From Candidatus Woesearchaeota archaeon (GTDB taxonomy: Archaea; Nanobdellota; Nanobdellia; SCGC-AAA011-G17; JACPNG01): 54,838 bases of DNA. The translations under genes were made by a program, and so were the position numbers. Shown one piece after another: positions 18,034 to 26,076 of this stretch. The stretch lies in NCBI GenBank assembly GCA_018303365.1, contig JAGVYI010000021.1, positions 1 to 54,838 on the forward strand. Direction: 5' to 3'. The notes below the pieces were generated by a model, which was not told the origin of the DNA, made no database searches, and was given only the letters and a program-made list of their open reading frames with translations. The first letter of the stretch is position 1, and each line of letters opens with the position of its first letter.

Positions 18034-18435
18034 TTATACTACCGCCCCTGCTACTTTTCCAACTCCCGGCCACCTTTCGGCAGCTTCTTTTGCTATTGGT
18101 CCTTTGAATATTGTTCCTTTTGGATTTCCTTTGTTATCCTTTAAGACTACAAGGGCGTTATCTTCAAATTTTATCCTCTCCCCGCTTGGTCTTTGATATT
18201 CTTTTTTTTGCCTGACAACGATACCAAGGACTACCTGTTTTCTCATATCTGGTCTTCCTTTTACTACGGATCCCATAATAAGGTCGCCGACTCCTGCTGC
18301 TTGTCTTCTTCTTCTTACGGTTTTATGTCTAAAGACAGTGAAAATTTTCACCACTTTGGCCCCTGAGTTGTCACAAGTCTCTATACGAGATCCAACAGGG
18401 ATTGCCCTTCCTACTCTTGATTTTACGGCTTTCAT
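18034..18435 (-). CDS. rpl14: 50S ribosomal protein L14
   Basis: CDNSGAK, AAGVGDLI, KFEDNA, GPIAKEAAERW. Confidence 0.97.
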   Translation of the reverse strand: MKAVKSRVGRAIPVGSRIETCDNSGAKVVKIFTVFRHKTVRRRRQAAGVGDLIMGSVVKGRPDMRKQVVLGIVVRQKKEYQRPSGERIKFEDNALVVLKDNKGNPKGTIFKGPIAKEAAERWPGVGKVAGAVV

Positions 18436-18755
18436 TTGATAACTTCCACCACCACGAAGTTCTTTGTTTTACTTATTGGTCTTGTTTGCACGGCTTTTAC
18501 TTTATCTCCAACATTAATGTTCAAACAGGCTGGAAGGTGCACGTGCAACCTGCTCCTTCTTTTCTCGTATCGTTCATACTTTTGTATGTAGTATGCTCTT
18601 TGCCACTGGATTGTGCCTGTCCTTGTTGAGGATAATCTGATTATCCACCCCCTGACACTTCGCCCCTTTACTGTAAGTTTTCCATGAAAGGGACACTTTC
18701 TATCTTTACACTCTTTTCTTGGTGTTTCTATTCCTATTCCAATTGTATTTTTCAT
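18432..18755 (-). CDS. rps17: 30S ribosomal protein S17
   Basis: CKDRKCPFHG; KYERYEKRRS; RPISKTKNFVV. Confidence 0.97.
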   Translation of the reverse strand: MKNTIGIGIETPRKECKDRKCPFHGKLTVKGRSVRGWIIRLSSTRTGTIQWQRAYYIQKYERYEKRRSRLHVHLPACLNINVGDKVKAVQTRPISKTKNFVVVEVIK

Positions 18756-19027
18756 GTGTTTCTTCTCACTTTCTTTACTCTTTCTTCCGGACGATTTTCT
18801 AGCACTTTCCCCTTTAGCTCGTAGGTCAGATTATTTATTCTTGTCTTGAATGTAATCTGCCTTTTGATGATTTTTCTTTCCCCCTTTGGTGTAAGTATTG
18901 TAAATGTACCTTTTGTCTCGTCGATGACCTTTCCTTTCATTCCGACCAAACTTGAGTTGCTTGCAGCTGTTATTGCTATTTGCTTTCCGATAAACTCCTG
19001 TTTTTGTATACTCCCTTTTAAGATCAT
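18752..19027 (-). CDS. rnp1: Ribonuclease P protein component 1 (Rpp29/Pop4)
   Basis: EFIGK..GMKGKVIDETKGT..RPEERVK; canonical position in the operon. Confidence 0.92.
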   Translation of the reverse strand: MILKGSIQKQEFIGKQIAITAASNSSLVGMKGKVIDETKGTFTILTPKGERKIIKRQITFKTRINNLTYELKGKVLENRPEERVKKVRRNT

Positions 19028-19028
19028 T

Positions 19029-19337
19029 TTATTCTATTGTAATTGTCTCCTTTGCAAATCCCATTCTTATGAGTTCTTCCTTAACTCTCTGTGCATGGTT
19101 CCCCTGCAGTTCTATCGCCTCTCCTTTTGTGGTTCCTCCACATGCCAGTTTTGACTTCAACTTTTTTGCCAGCTCTTTTAAGTTGATATCTTTCTTGTTT
19201 ATCCCTTCCACGATTGTTATTATTTTTCCAAACTTTCTTTTTACCTTTCTTACCTTGATGCGTTGTTCTTCTTTTGTTATCTCTTCCCATACCCCCAATT
19301 CTTTGGGAAGGCCTGTGATGGGGTCTATATTACTCAT
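19029..19337 (-). CDS. sui1: Translation initiation factor aIF-1 (SUI1)
   Basis: DPITGLPKEL; LKSKLACGGT; IELQGNH. Confidence 0.95.
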   Translation of the reverse strand: MSNIDPITGLPKELGVWEEITKEEQRIKVRKVKRKFGKIITIVEGINKKDINLKELAKKLKSKLACGGTTKGEAIELQGNHAQRVKEELIRMGFAKETITIE

Positions 19338-19552
19338 GATTCCTTTTTCTTAACCTCCTTTTTTTCATTCTCTTTCTGTATAAGGCGCACTATTGTTTTT
19401 CTTATAGCTTTAACCCTTCCGGGGTTTTCTGGAGCAGTTCCTGTAGATATCTGCGCTCTTAGCTTCATGAGTTCTTTTTGTAACTCCCTCTTCTTCTCTT
19501 CAGCCTGCTTTTCTGTTAGGTTCTTTAGTTCACTCTTCTTTATTATCGCCAT
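19334..19552 (-). CDS. rpl29: 50S ribosomal protein L29
   Basis: ELMKLR..ENPGRVKAIRKTIVRL. Confidence 0.95.
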   Translation of the reverse strand: MAIIKKSELKNLTEKQAEEKKRELQKELMKLRAQISTGTAPENPGRVKAIRKTIVRLIQKENEKKEVKKKES

Positions 19553-20216
19553 TTTCTTCCTGCTTTACTTTCCTTGCCCCCTTTGCCTTCTTTGGTTTTT
19601 CCTGTTGTACCTCTTCTTGCTCTTTTATTTCAATCTTGTCTGGCAATTCGGTTCCTGGCAACAGGATGGATACCTTTATTCCAACTGTTGCTTTTTTGAG
19701 TTTTGCAATTGTTTGTGCTTTTTGAACAACATAATTAGACACATATCCTGTTTTTTTGAGGTAACCTCCTTTAAACCTCCACGTTCTTGCTCTTGAACTT
19801 GGAACTCCACTGCCACTGATGACAATTTCTGCACCCATCGCCCCTGCCTCCAGAATTGCTCTTAAGGTGTCATAACCGAGGAATTTGAATCTTTTTGGTC
19901 CGAACCTTTCTAGGGTGTAGGCTATTTTGTCCGCTACTGTGCTCGCATCAAGGAGAGGATTTCCTATTTCCCCCACCTCTACCTGAGGATTTTCCATCTT
20001 GAATTTGTTTTTGAGGGTGATTGTTAGTCCCCTTATGTTTTCTCCTTTTCTTCCTACAACCATACCTGGCCTTGCTGAATAGACTATTATTTTTTCTCCA
20101 AGAGGGATTTTTTTTACTTCGACACGGCTATGGCCTTTTCCGCCAACATTTTTCATTACAAAAGACTCTACTTCTAACTCCCTTATCTTCTCTGCAATGA
20201 ACTTTCTCTCTATCAT
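19530..20216 (-). CDS. rps3: 30S ribosomal protein S3
   Basis: MIERKFI, RPGMVVGRKGENI (KH domain), GAMGAEIVISG, GYLKKTG. Confidence 0.97.
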   Translation of the reverse strand: MIERKFIAEKIRELEVESFVMKNVGGKGHSRVEVKKIPLGEKIIVYSARPGMVVGRKGENIRGLTITLKNKFKMENPQVEVGEIGNPLLDASTVADKIAYTLERFGPKRFKFLGYDTLRAILEAGAMGAEIVISGSGVPSSRARTWRFKGGYLKKTGYVSNYVVQKAQTIAKLKKATVGIKVSILLPGTELPDKIEIKEQEEVQQEKPKKAKGARKVKQEENGDNKEE

Positions 20217-20671
20217 TTTTTATCCTCTTTCTTTTCCTTTGTCGCTTTCTCTTTTTTCTTCTCCTGTTCTTCAATGACAACTTTGATGTGCGTCCTTTTC
20301 ATCTTTCTTCCTCTTTGTCTTCCAAAGTGCATTGGTCTTGATGCTTTGTTAGGTATTATTTCCTTAATGCAGATTTTTTCCTGACTTAATCCTTTAAATT
20401 TTGCATTTGCTTCTGCAGCCTTAACAATCTGCAGGATTTGTGTACATGCCTTGATTGGATATCTTCCAGGACCATACTTTCCTTTTCTGTGCCCTACTCC
20501 CCCTCTAAATCTCTTGAAGGGTACAACCTTTTTTTTATTTATGATTTTCTGCAGGATTTCCTTTGCTTTTTGCACTTCTTTTCCCTTTATGGCGTTACTC
20601 ACTTCAATACTTTGTTTTGTTGAAATTGACAAGTCCATTCCCTGCGCTACTGCTTGTTTTTGGTTTTCCAT
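20213..20671 (-). CDS. rpl22: 50S ribosomal protein L22
   Basis: ISTKQSIEV, GHRKG..GRYPIKA, AEANA, THIKVV. Confidence 0.96.
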   Translation of the reverse strand: MENQKQAVAQGMDLSISTKQSIEVSNAIKGKEVQKAKEILQKIINKKKVVPFKRFRGGVGHRKGKYGPGRYPIKACTQILQIVKAAEANAKFKGLSQEKICIKEIIPNKASRPMHFGRQRGRKMKRTHIKVVIEEQEKKKEKATKEKKEDKK

Positions 20672-20673
20672 TT

Positions 20674-21069
20674 TTACTTTGCTGAGGTTGCTGCGCTTGA
20701 GCGCGTCGCACCCACTCCCGGTGCTGAATGTTCAGTCTTCTTTCTTGTCAGACTAAATTCCCCTAAATAATGTCCCAAGGCCTGTTCCAACAACTCGACT
20801 TGTTTGTACTCTTTGCCGTTGTATACCTGGAGTTTTGCACCTATCATTATTGGAAGGACAACAATGTCCCTTACATGTGTCTTGATTGGCTTTTTTCTCT
20901 GTCCTGCTTTTGCTTTCTTAATCTTTTCCACTAGTTTCTTCTGCTCTTCGGTCATCCCCCTTGTCAATGACCTTCTCTGTCTTGCAGGGAGCAGCCTTGC
21001 GAATTCTTTGACATCCATCTCATTGAGTTCCCTTATTGTTTTTCCCTTAAATATGAATTCTTTTGCCAT
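20674..21069 (-). CDS. rps19: 30S ribosomal protein S19
   Basis: ARQRRSL, KTHVRD, GHYLGEFSLTRK..HSAPGVGATRSS. Confidence 0.97.
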   Translation of the reverse strand: MAKEFIFKGKTIRELNEMDVKEFARLLPARQRRSLTRGMTEEQKKLVEKIKKAKAGQRKKPIKTHVRDIVVLPIMIGAKLQVYNGKEYKQVELLEQALGHYLGEFSLTRKKTEHSAPGVGATRSSAATSAK

Positions 21070-21070
21070 T

Positions 21071-21784
21071 TTACCTTTTTCTTCCAGTTCTCTTTGCTCT
21101 TAGTAATCCAATGTTTCTACCAGGAGGTGCATTTCTTGGAGGTATCTTTGATTTTCCAACATGCCTTCCCCTTCCTGAACCAAACGGGTGGTCTACAGCA
21201 TTCATTGCTACACCAGATGTTTTTGGATATAGCTTGCCTTTTGCATGCATTAAGTGCCAGGCCTTGCCTGCTTTTACCAGCGGCTTCTCTTTTCTTCCTC
21301 CACCTGCGATGATACCTATTGTTGCCCTACATTCTGGGTGGAACTCCTTTTGTTTTTTCGATGGAAACTTTACGACAATCTTTTCTGGATACTTGGCCAC
21401 TACCCTTGCAAAACTTCCTGCAGCTTTACAGAATGCGACCTTTCCGGGTGTTGATTCTATGTTTGATATTTCTGTTCCTTCTGGGATGCTTTTAAGAGGA
21501 AGGCTATTTCCTGCCTTTATTTCCGCTTCAACTCCTGATTGAACTTCTTGCCCTGCATATATTGCTCCTGGTGCGGCAATAAGCGCGAATGATTTATCTT
21601 CATACTGGATTTTTGCTAGTGGCGCTGAATGACCCGGGCAGTGGATGATATCTATAATTTTCCCTACTTTTCTTACATCTCTTCCAACAGGACTGTATAC
21701 TATCTTGCCTTTGTGGCGATGACTGTGGGCCCTGTAGGTCATCGTTCCTCTTCCTCTTCTCTGTTGAATTATCCTTTTTCCCAT
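21071..21784 (-). CDS. rpl2: 50S ribosomal protein L2
   Basis: MGKRIIQQRRGRG; GVAMNAVDHPFGSG. Confidence 0.98.
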   Translation of the reverse strand: MGKRIIQQRRGRGTMTYRAHSHRHKGKIVYSPVGRDVRKVGKIIDIIHCPGHSAPLAKIQYEDKSFALIAAPGAIYAGQEVQSGVEAEIKAGNSLPLKSIPEGTEISNIESTPGKVAFCKAAGSFARVVAKYPEKIVVKFPSKKQKEFHPECRATIGIIAGGGRKEKPLVKAGKAWHLMHAKGKLYPKTSGVAMNAVDHPFGSGRGRHVGKSKIPPRNAPPGRNIGLLRAKRTGRKR

Positions 21785-21785
21785 T

Positions 21786-22046
21786 TTACATCAGCCCAAG
21801 TTGGGTTGCTACATCTACTGCGGGTGTACTTTTTTCAAGTGTTGCATATGCCTTTTTCTTTCCTTTCAGTGTTCTTAGTGTGCTTACCTTTTTTACCTTT
21901 ACCTTGAAAACTTCTTCTATTGCTTCCTTGATTTCTCTTTTTGTTGCTTTTGGCTCTACTATAAATACCAGTTTGTTTTCTGTTTCCATTATTTTCACTG
22001 CTTTCTCTGTTGCCAGTGGATTTTTTATAACTGTATATGCTTTCAT
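21786..22046 (-). CDS. rpl23: 50S ribosomal protein L23
   Basis: PLATEKA..ENKLVFIV..ATKREIK..KKAY. Confidence 0.96.
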   Translation of the reverse strand: MKAYTVIKNPLATEKAVKIMETENKLVFIVEPKATKREIKEAIEEVFKVKVKKVSTLRTLKGKKKAYATLEKSTPAVDVATQLGLM

Positions 22047-22852
22047 TTTGTTTGAAATAGGCCCTCATCCCTAATTTTTTTGATTGCTTTTTCTGACCAT
22101 ACCACAAGTCTTCCTGACTCAGTTCCGGGTGCGAGGTTACTTGTGTTAAGGTACTTCACTTTAACTATATCTACCCCATATATATTCTTCATTGATTTTT
22201 CTGCATTGCATTTATCTGCGACAACAATAAGTGGGCCTTTTTTTATTTTGTATTTTCTTGCCCTTGCCTTTCCTTTTCCTGCCCTCACTTTTTTCTGCTT
22301 CACCCTTATCAGCTCTTCTTTTAACCCTATTTTCTCTAATAGTGCCCTTGCCTTCTTTGTTGTTTCTATTGTTTCTATTTTCTCTTCAACTATCAGCGGC
22401 ACCTTCTCGACTTTGTGCCCTCTCAGTTTTACTATTCCTAGGATCGTACTTGCGTTTAATGCTGCACGGATTGCTTTTTGTTTTTCCTTTTTGTTTATTT
22501 TCTTATCCCAGATCTTGCTTGCTTTGGGGGGGTGTGCTCTTCTTCCTCCGACTGTTCCTGGAGCAACAGCACCAACCCAGTAAAAGTTTTGTCCTCTTGC
22601 TGACATTGTTTTTCTTGGTATCCTTGAGATTCCTTTTCCATAAGCCCCTTTGTATTTTCTTCTTCTCCTTGAGAGTTTTGCTACCTGTCTCATGCCTGCT
22701 TTTTCTTTTGCCCCATAGGCCTGCCTTTTATTAGCCTGAATTGTTTGTACTGCTTTTTTGATTACATCTGGTCTGTATGTCTCTTCAAATTGCTCTGGCA
22801 GTTCAATACTTCCTGTCTTTTTCCCTTCAATGTCAAGAACATCAACTTTCAT
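22043..22852 (-). CDS. rpl4: 50S ribosomal protein L4
   Basis: RPDVIKKAV, GGRRAHPPK, VRAGKGK, LAPG..GRL. Confidence 0.97.
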   Translation of the reverse strand: MKVDVLDIEGKKTGSIELPEQFEETYRPDVIKKAVQTIQANKRQAYGAKEKAGMRQVAKLSRRRRKYKGAYGKGISRIPRKTMSARGQNFYWVGAVAPGTVGGRRAHPPKASKIWDKKINKKEKQKAIRAALNASTILGIVKLRGHKVEKVPLIVEEKIETIETTKKARALLEKIGLKEELIRVKQKKVRAGKGKARARKYKIKKGPLIVVADKCNAEKSMKNIYGVDIVKVKYLNTSNLAPGTESGRLVVWSEKAIKKIRDEGLFQTK

Positions 22853-23802
22853 TGTTTGCTCTCCTTTGAAACATAAACTATCTCTGGTTGCATTATTTTT
22901 GTTTCTTTTCTTATTGGTTCTGTTAGAATCACTAGCCTCTTTTTTGGACCAGAGACTGACCCTTTGAGAAGGACTGTGCTGTTCTTTAGCAGACCATAAT
23001 GCGTGATTCCACCTTTTTGGTTGAGGTCTTGTGGTTTTTTTGTAATGGCCATCAGCCAGCGATTGTATTCTGTTCTCATATGGTATCCCATTTTTCCTGG
23101 TTGCGGTACACTAAATGCTACCCTTTTTGGAGTCCATGGTCCTAAGCTTCCTACACCCCTTTTCGTTTTCTCTGCTTTATGCTGCCTTATTTTTACACCA
23201 AAGCGCTTTACAGTTCCTTGAAACCCCTTTCCTTTGGTTATTGCGTGCACGTCTACTTTTTGCCCTTCTTTGAAGACATCCTCTATTTTGATGTCTTTTT
23301 CTAGGAAGGCCTTTGCCTGCTCAATTTTATTCTTTTTTTCTCCAGATAAGGCTATTTCAAATATTTCTGGCTTCTTTTTGCCGATGCCAGTTAATTTAGG
23401 CTGGGTATAGACTAGGAGTCTTAAATCATCAAACTCTTCTGGTTCTAAGCCTTTTTTAGGTATATTTGATTTTCTTTGTAACTCTTTTTCTACTTTTTTT
23501 GCTGGAAGCTGCCCAATTACCTTAAAAATCTCTCCATCCTTTTTGTAAAACCTTATTGCTAATGGCTTTATGGGAGGACACTCAATTATTGTTACAGCTT
23601 CACTGACTATTTCCCCTTTTGTGGTCTTTTGAGAATTATCCCTTATTTGAATGTGGGTCATTCCAGCTTTGTAACCAGCAAATGCCAACAATCTTGGCTC
23701 TTTTCGCTCTGCCCATTTCCTTACTCTTGCATATGGTCGTTTTGCCCTCTTTCTAGGCCAAAACTGCATACTTCCTCTTCTGGGTGACCTTGTTCTTGGC
23801 AT
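22849..23802 (-). CDS. rpl3: 50S ribosomal protein L3
   Basis: PRRGSMQFWPRKRA, GYKAGMTH, TKGKGFQG, GKMGYHMRTEYN. Confidence 0.98.
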   Translation of the reverse strand: MPRTRSPRRGSMQFWPRKRAKRPYARVRKWAERKEPRLLAFAGYKAGMTHIQIRDNSQKTTKGEIVSEAVTIIECPPIKPLAIRFYKKDGEIFKVIGQLPAKKVEKELQRKSNIPKKGLEPEEFDDLRLLVYTQPKLTGIGKKKPEIFEIALSGEKKNKIEQAKAFLEKDIKIEDVFKEGQKVDVHAITKGKGFQGTVKRFGVKIRQHKAEKTKRGVGSLGPWTPKRVAFSVPQPGKMGYHMRTEYNRWLMAITKKPQDLNQKGGITHYGLLKNSTVLLKGSVSGPKKRLVILTEPIRKETKIMQPEIVYVSKESKQ

Positions 23803-23922
23803 ATTATTTTCCTCTGAAAAGCGACTCTATGTTATTTGTCGCAATTGCCTCTAGAATCAGCGGCTGGTTACTTGCATTCAGTTAGGGGGGGTGAGTGGGC
23901 CTTTTGAAGTGTTTATAAATAT
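23803..23922 (-). promoter_or_regulatory. Promoter and ~90 nt 5' leader of the r-protein superoperon
   Basis: TTTATAAA box at ~23912-23919; leader is more GC-rich than its surroundings and contains a GCGAC..GTCGC stem (23821-23842). Confidence 0.55.
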
Positions 23923-23963
23923 TTTGCTTTTTCTGGCCTTCTTAAGATTTGATGGTCTTTATT

Positions 23964-24458
23964 TTATGTTGTACAATATTCAAGGACCATCTCGAATCTT
24001 TCTTGTTGTCCACTTGAGGATCCTGTTATTATCCTTCTTTCTACGGTCTTTTCTCCAAGGCAGGAATTTCCTACCAATATGATATCTTGCGGGTTCTGAG
24101 TGTTCTTTATCAAAATCTGAAGGTTTACTTTTTGGTTTGTGTTTACCCTCCCTTTAATTATTTGCAATTCTTTTGCCAGATATTCTTGCCGCGCTTCTCC
24201 GTTTCCACAGGTGCTTTGCCTTGGGATTCCCCTTCTGATAATTTCTTCGATAGATACTGGACGCGCGGGAATTGTATCCGTTCTTTCGCAGGGTGTCGCT
24301 TTCAAGATTGCTGTAAGTAAACTTGCAGTATATGCACTTTCCCTTCCAATAGCTTTCTCCTGAGGCTTTGTTCGTAGTGTTACAAATAAGATTATTATGA
24401 AAATAAGCAGTACCACAATTACCAGAAGTCCAATGATCTCTGTCTGCCCCTTTTTCAT
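23964..24458 (-). CDS. Class III signal-peptide (type IV pilin-like) protein
   Basis: MKKG|QTEIIGLLVIVVLLIFIIILF: basic leader, Gly cleavage site, hydrophobic N-terminal helix; Cys residues in the globular domain. Confidence 0.82.
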   Translation of the reverse strand: MKKGQTEIIGLLVIVVLLIFIIILFVTLRTKPQEKAIGRESAYTASLLTAILKATPCERTDTIPARPVSIEEIIRRGIPRQSTCGNGEARQEYLAKELQIIKGRVNTNQKVNLQILIKNTQNPQDIILVGNSCLGEKTVERRIITGSSSGQQERFEMVLEYCTT

Positions 24459-25045
24459 CTGTAGCTTTCTATAATAAGTTCTCCTATCCTATACTCATTT
24501 TTTCTGTCTTCTGCAGCATTTGGAAAATAGAGTGACACTGGTACTGATATTTTGTTTACTTCTGTTATTGTTGCCGGTCTGCTTTCATAGATTATCCAAG
24601 TATCACAGTTGTTCGGATATACCTCTTGGTTGTACTTTTCCTGGGTGCATTCCTGGTTTTCAACCTGCCCTTGTAGTTCTGGGTATACTTGCTTTACCAA
24701 AACCCTTTTTCTACCAAATATTGTTGCATAATACCCCTTTTCTTCTCCATCTATTACTTCTTTTGCTATGAGCAATTTTAATGTGTCAATACAATCCTCT
24801 CTTCTTACATTCTTGCTGCATTCAATTTCCGGCATGCCCTGAATTGCTCTGAGTTCCACTTCTGCTTTCTGACTTAATATTTCCCCACCTTTCTTTTGAA
24901 TGCTTTGTTTTAACACTCCAGTATAGAAAACGATTCCAACGACGATGAGCACAGTAACAATAAAAATGACCATAATCATCTCTATAAGCCCAATTTGACC
25001 TTTCTTAGAATACTTGGCCTTTCCCCTCACTTCTGAGTACCTCAT
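24455..25045 (-). CDS. Class III signal-peptide (type IV pilin-like) protein
   Basis: SKKG|QIGLIEMIMVIFIVTVLIVVGIVFY; PEIECS..CIDTLKL. Confidence 0.8.
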   Translation of the reverse strand: MRYSEVRGKAKYSKKGQIGLIEMIMVIFIVTVLIVVGIVFYTGVLKQSIQKKGGEILSQKAEVELRAIQGMPEIECSKNVRREDCIDTLKLLIAKEVIDGEEKGYYATIFGRKRVLVKQVYPELQGQVENQECTQEKYNQEVYPNNCDTWIIYESRPATITEVNKISVPVSLYFPNAAEDRKNEYRIGELIIESYR

Positions 25046-26069
25046 TAAGATTTTGTATTATCTCTTTCTGTTGAGCTATTTCCTGTAAGTCTGCCTGTGT
25101 TAGCTGCCTAACTTTTATCTTTTTATTTTCAAGGGTGGTTATTAACGTATGCAGGCTTTCCTTTATACGAAGATAGGTTGGATTTGGGCTTAATTGGTCT
25201 TGCATATCCTTTGCAAATAGTTTTTCAGCCCTTTTTTCGTATACTTTGGTTACCTTTTCCATTCTTTCGAATGCAGCCTCAAGAGAGCAGTCATACGACT
25301 TCTTATCTTTTGCAAATATAGACCCATAGAGCATTGCCTTTCCAAAAAAGACTGTTGTTTCCTGCCCTTCTTCTTTGTAGAAAGTCACAACCCCTGTGCA
25401 TTCGCTGTCTTCTCTGTTTCCCTGTTCGTCACACTTTTCTCCATCTGTTTGAATTTTGAGAACCTCTGCTGTTGGTGCTGGAGCAACTGTCGGTTCCTGA
25501 TTGATAAAAACATATTTTTTTACTTGTCCTGATTGTGGGGTATAGCTGTTTGTTTTTACGTTGAATATTTTTGGTATAAACTCAAAGTTATCACAGCATG
25601 GTTCTCCTTGTCTTTGGATTCCAACCAACTCTTCAGCTAGTCTTCCTGTTCCTTGAACAATGTATTCTGTCTGCCCATCTGCCAGAAAAAAGAAATTCAT
25701 TATCCTGTAAGGGTACTCCCAACTTACAGTCCATACCTTTAGTTTGTCCGCTTTTAATTCTGTGTTACTAAATATTGCTTCCTGGGTGCGTATTTGTGGT
25801 GAATTTTCTACACGCAGAACGCCGCATACTGGTTTGTTGACAGTAATTCCCTGTTTCGCAGCTAGTTGAATCTCCTTATTCGCGTTTGTTGCTACTTCGA
25901 GGGCCCTAAGATTATCTTCTAGCGCATTTACTGTCTGGATATTTCCTACCTCTTTAGAGATGTTTGATTGTCTTAGCGCTGACTGTACAAAGAAAGATAA
26001 AATGATTATCCCTGCAATTGCTACAAAAATATATTGAAATACCGGAGCGATACCTCTTTTTTCTTTCAT
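25005..26069 (-). CDS. Class III signal-peptide protein (minor pilin-like) with C-terminal helical region
   Basis: MKEKRG|IAPVFQYIFVAIAGIIILSFF; W.YPYRIMNFFFL; AMLYGSIF..YDC. Confidence 0.78.
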   Translation of the reverse strand: MKEKRGIAPVFQYIFVAIAGIIILSFFVQSALRQSNISKEVGNIQTVNALEDNLRALEVATNANKEIQLAAKQGITVNKPVCGVLRVENSPQIRTQEAIFSNTELKADKLKVWTVSWEYPYRIMNFFFLADGQTEYIVQGTGRLAEELVGIQRQGEPCCDNFEFIPKIFNVKTNSYTPQSGQVKKYVFINQEPTVAPAPTAEVLKIQTDGEKCDEQGNREDSECTGVVTFYKEEGQETTVFFGKAMLYGSIFAKDKKSYDCSLEAAFERMEKVTKVYEKRAEKLFAKDMQDQLSPNPTYLRIKESLHTLITTLENKKIKVRQLTQADLQEIAQQKEIIQNLNEVLRSEGKGQVF

Positions 26070-26076
26070 TATTCAT

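Noticed and set aside
9745..23221. Numerous + strand ORFs antisense to ribosomal protein genes
   Set aside because: F/L/S-rich shadows of K/E-rich genes; the strand bias suppresses antisense stop codons.
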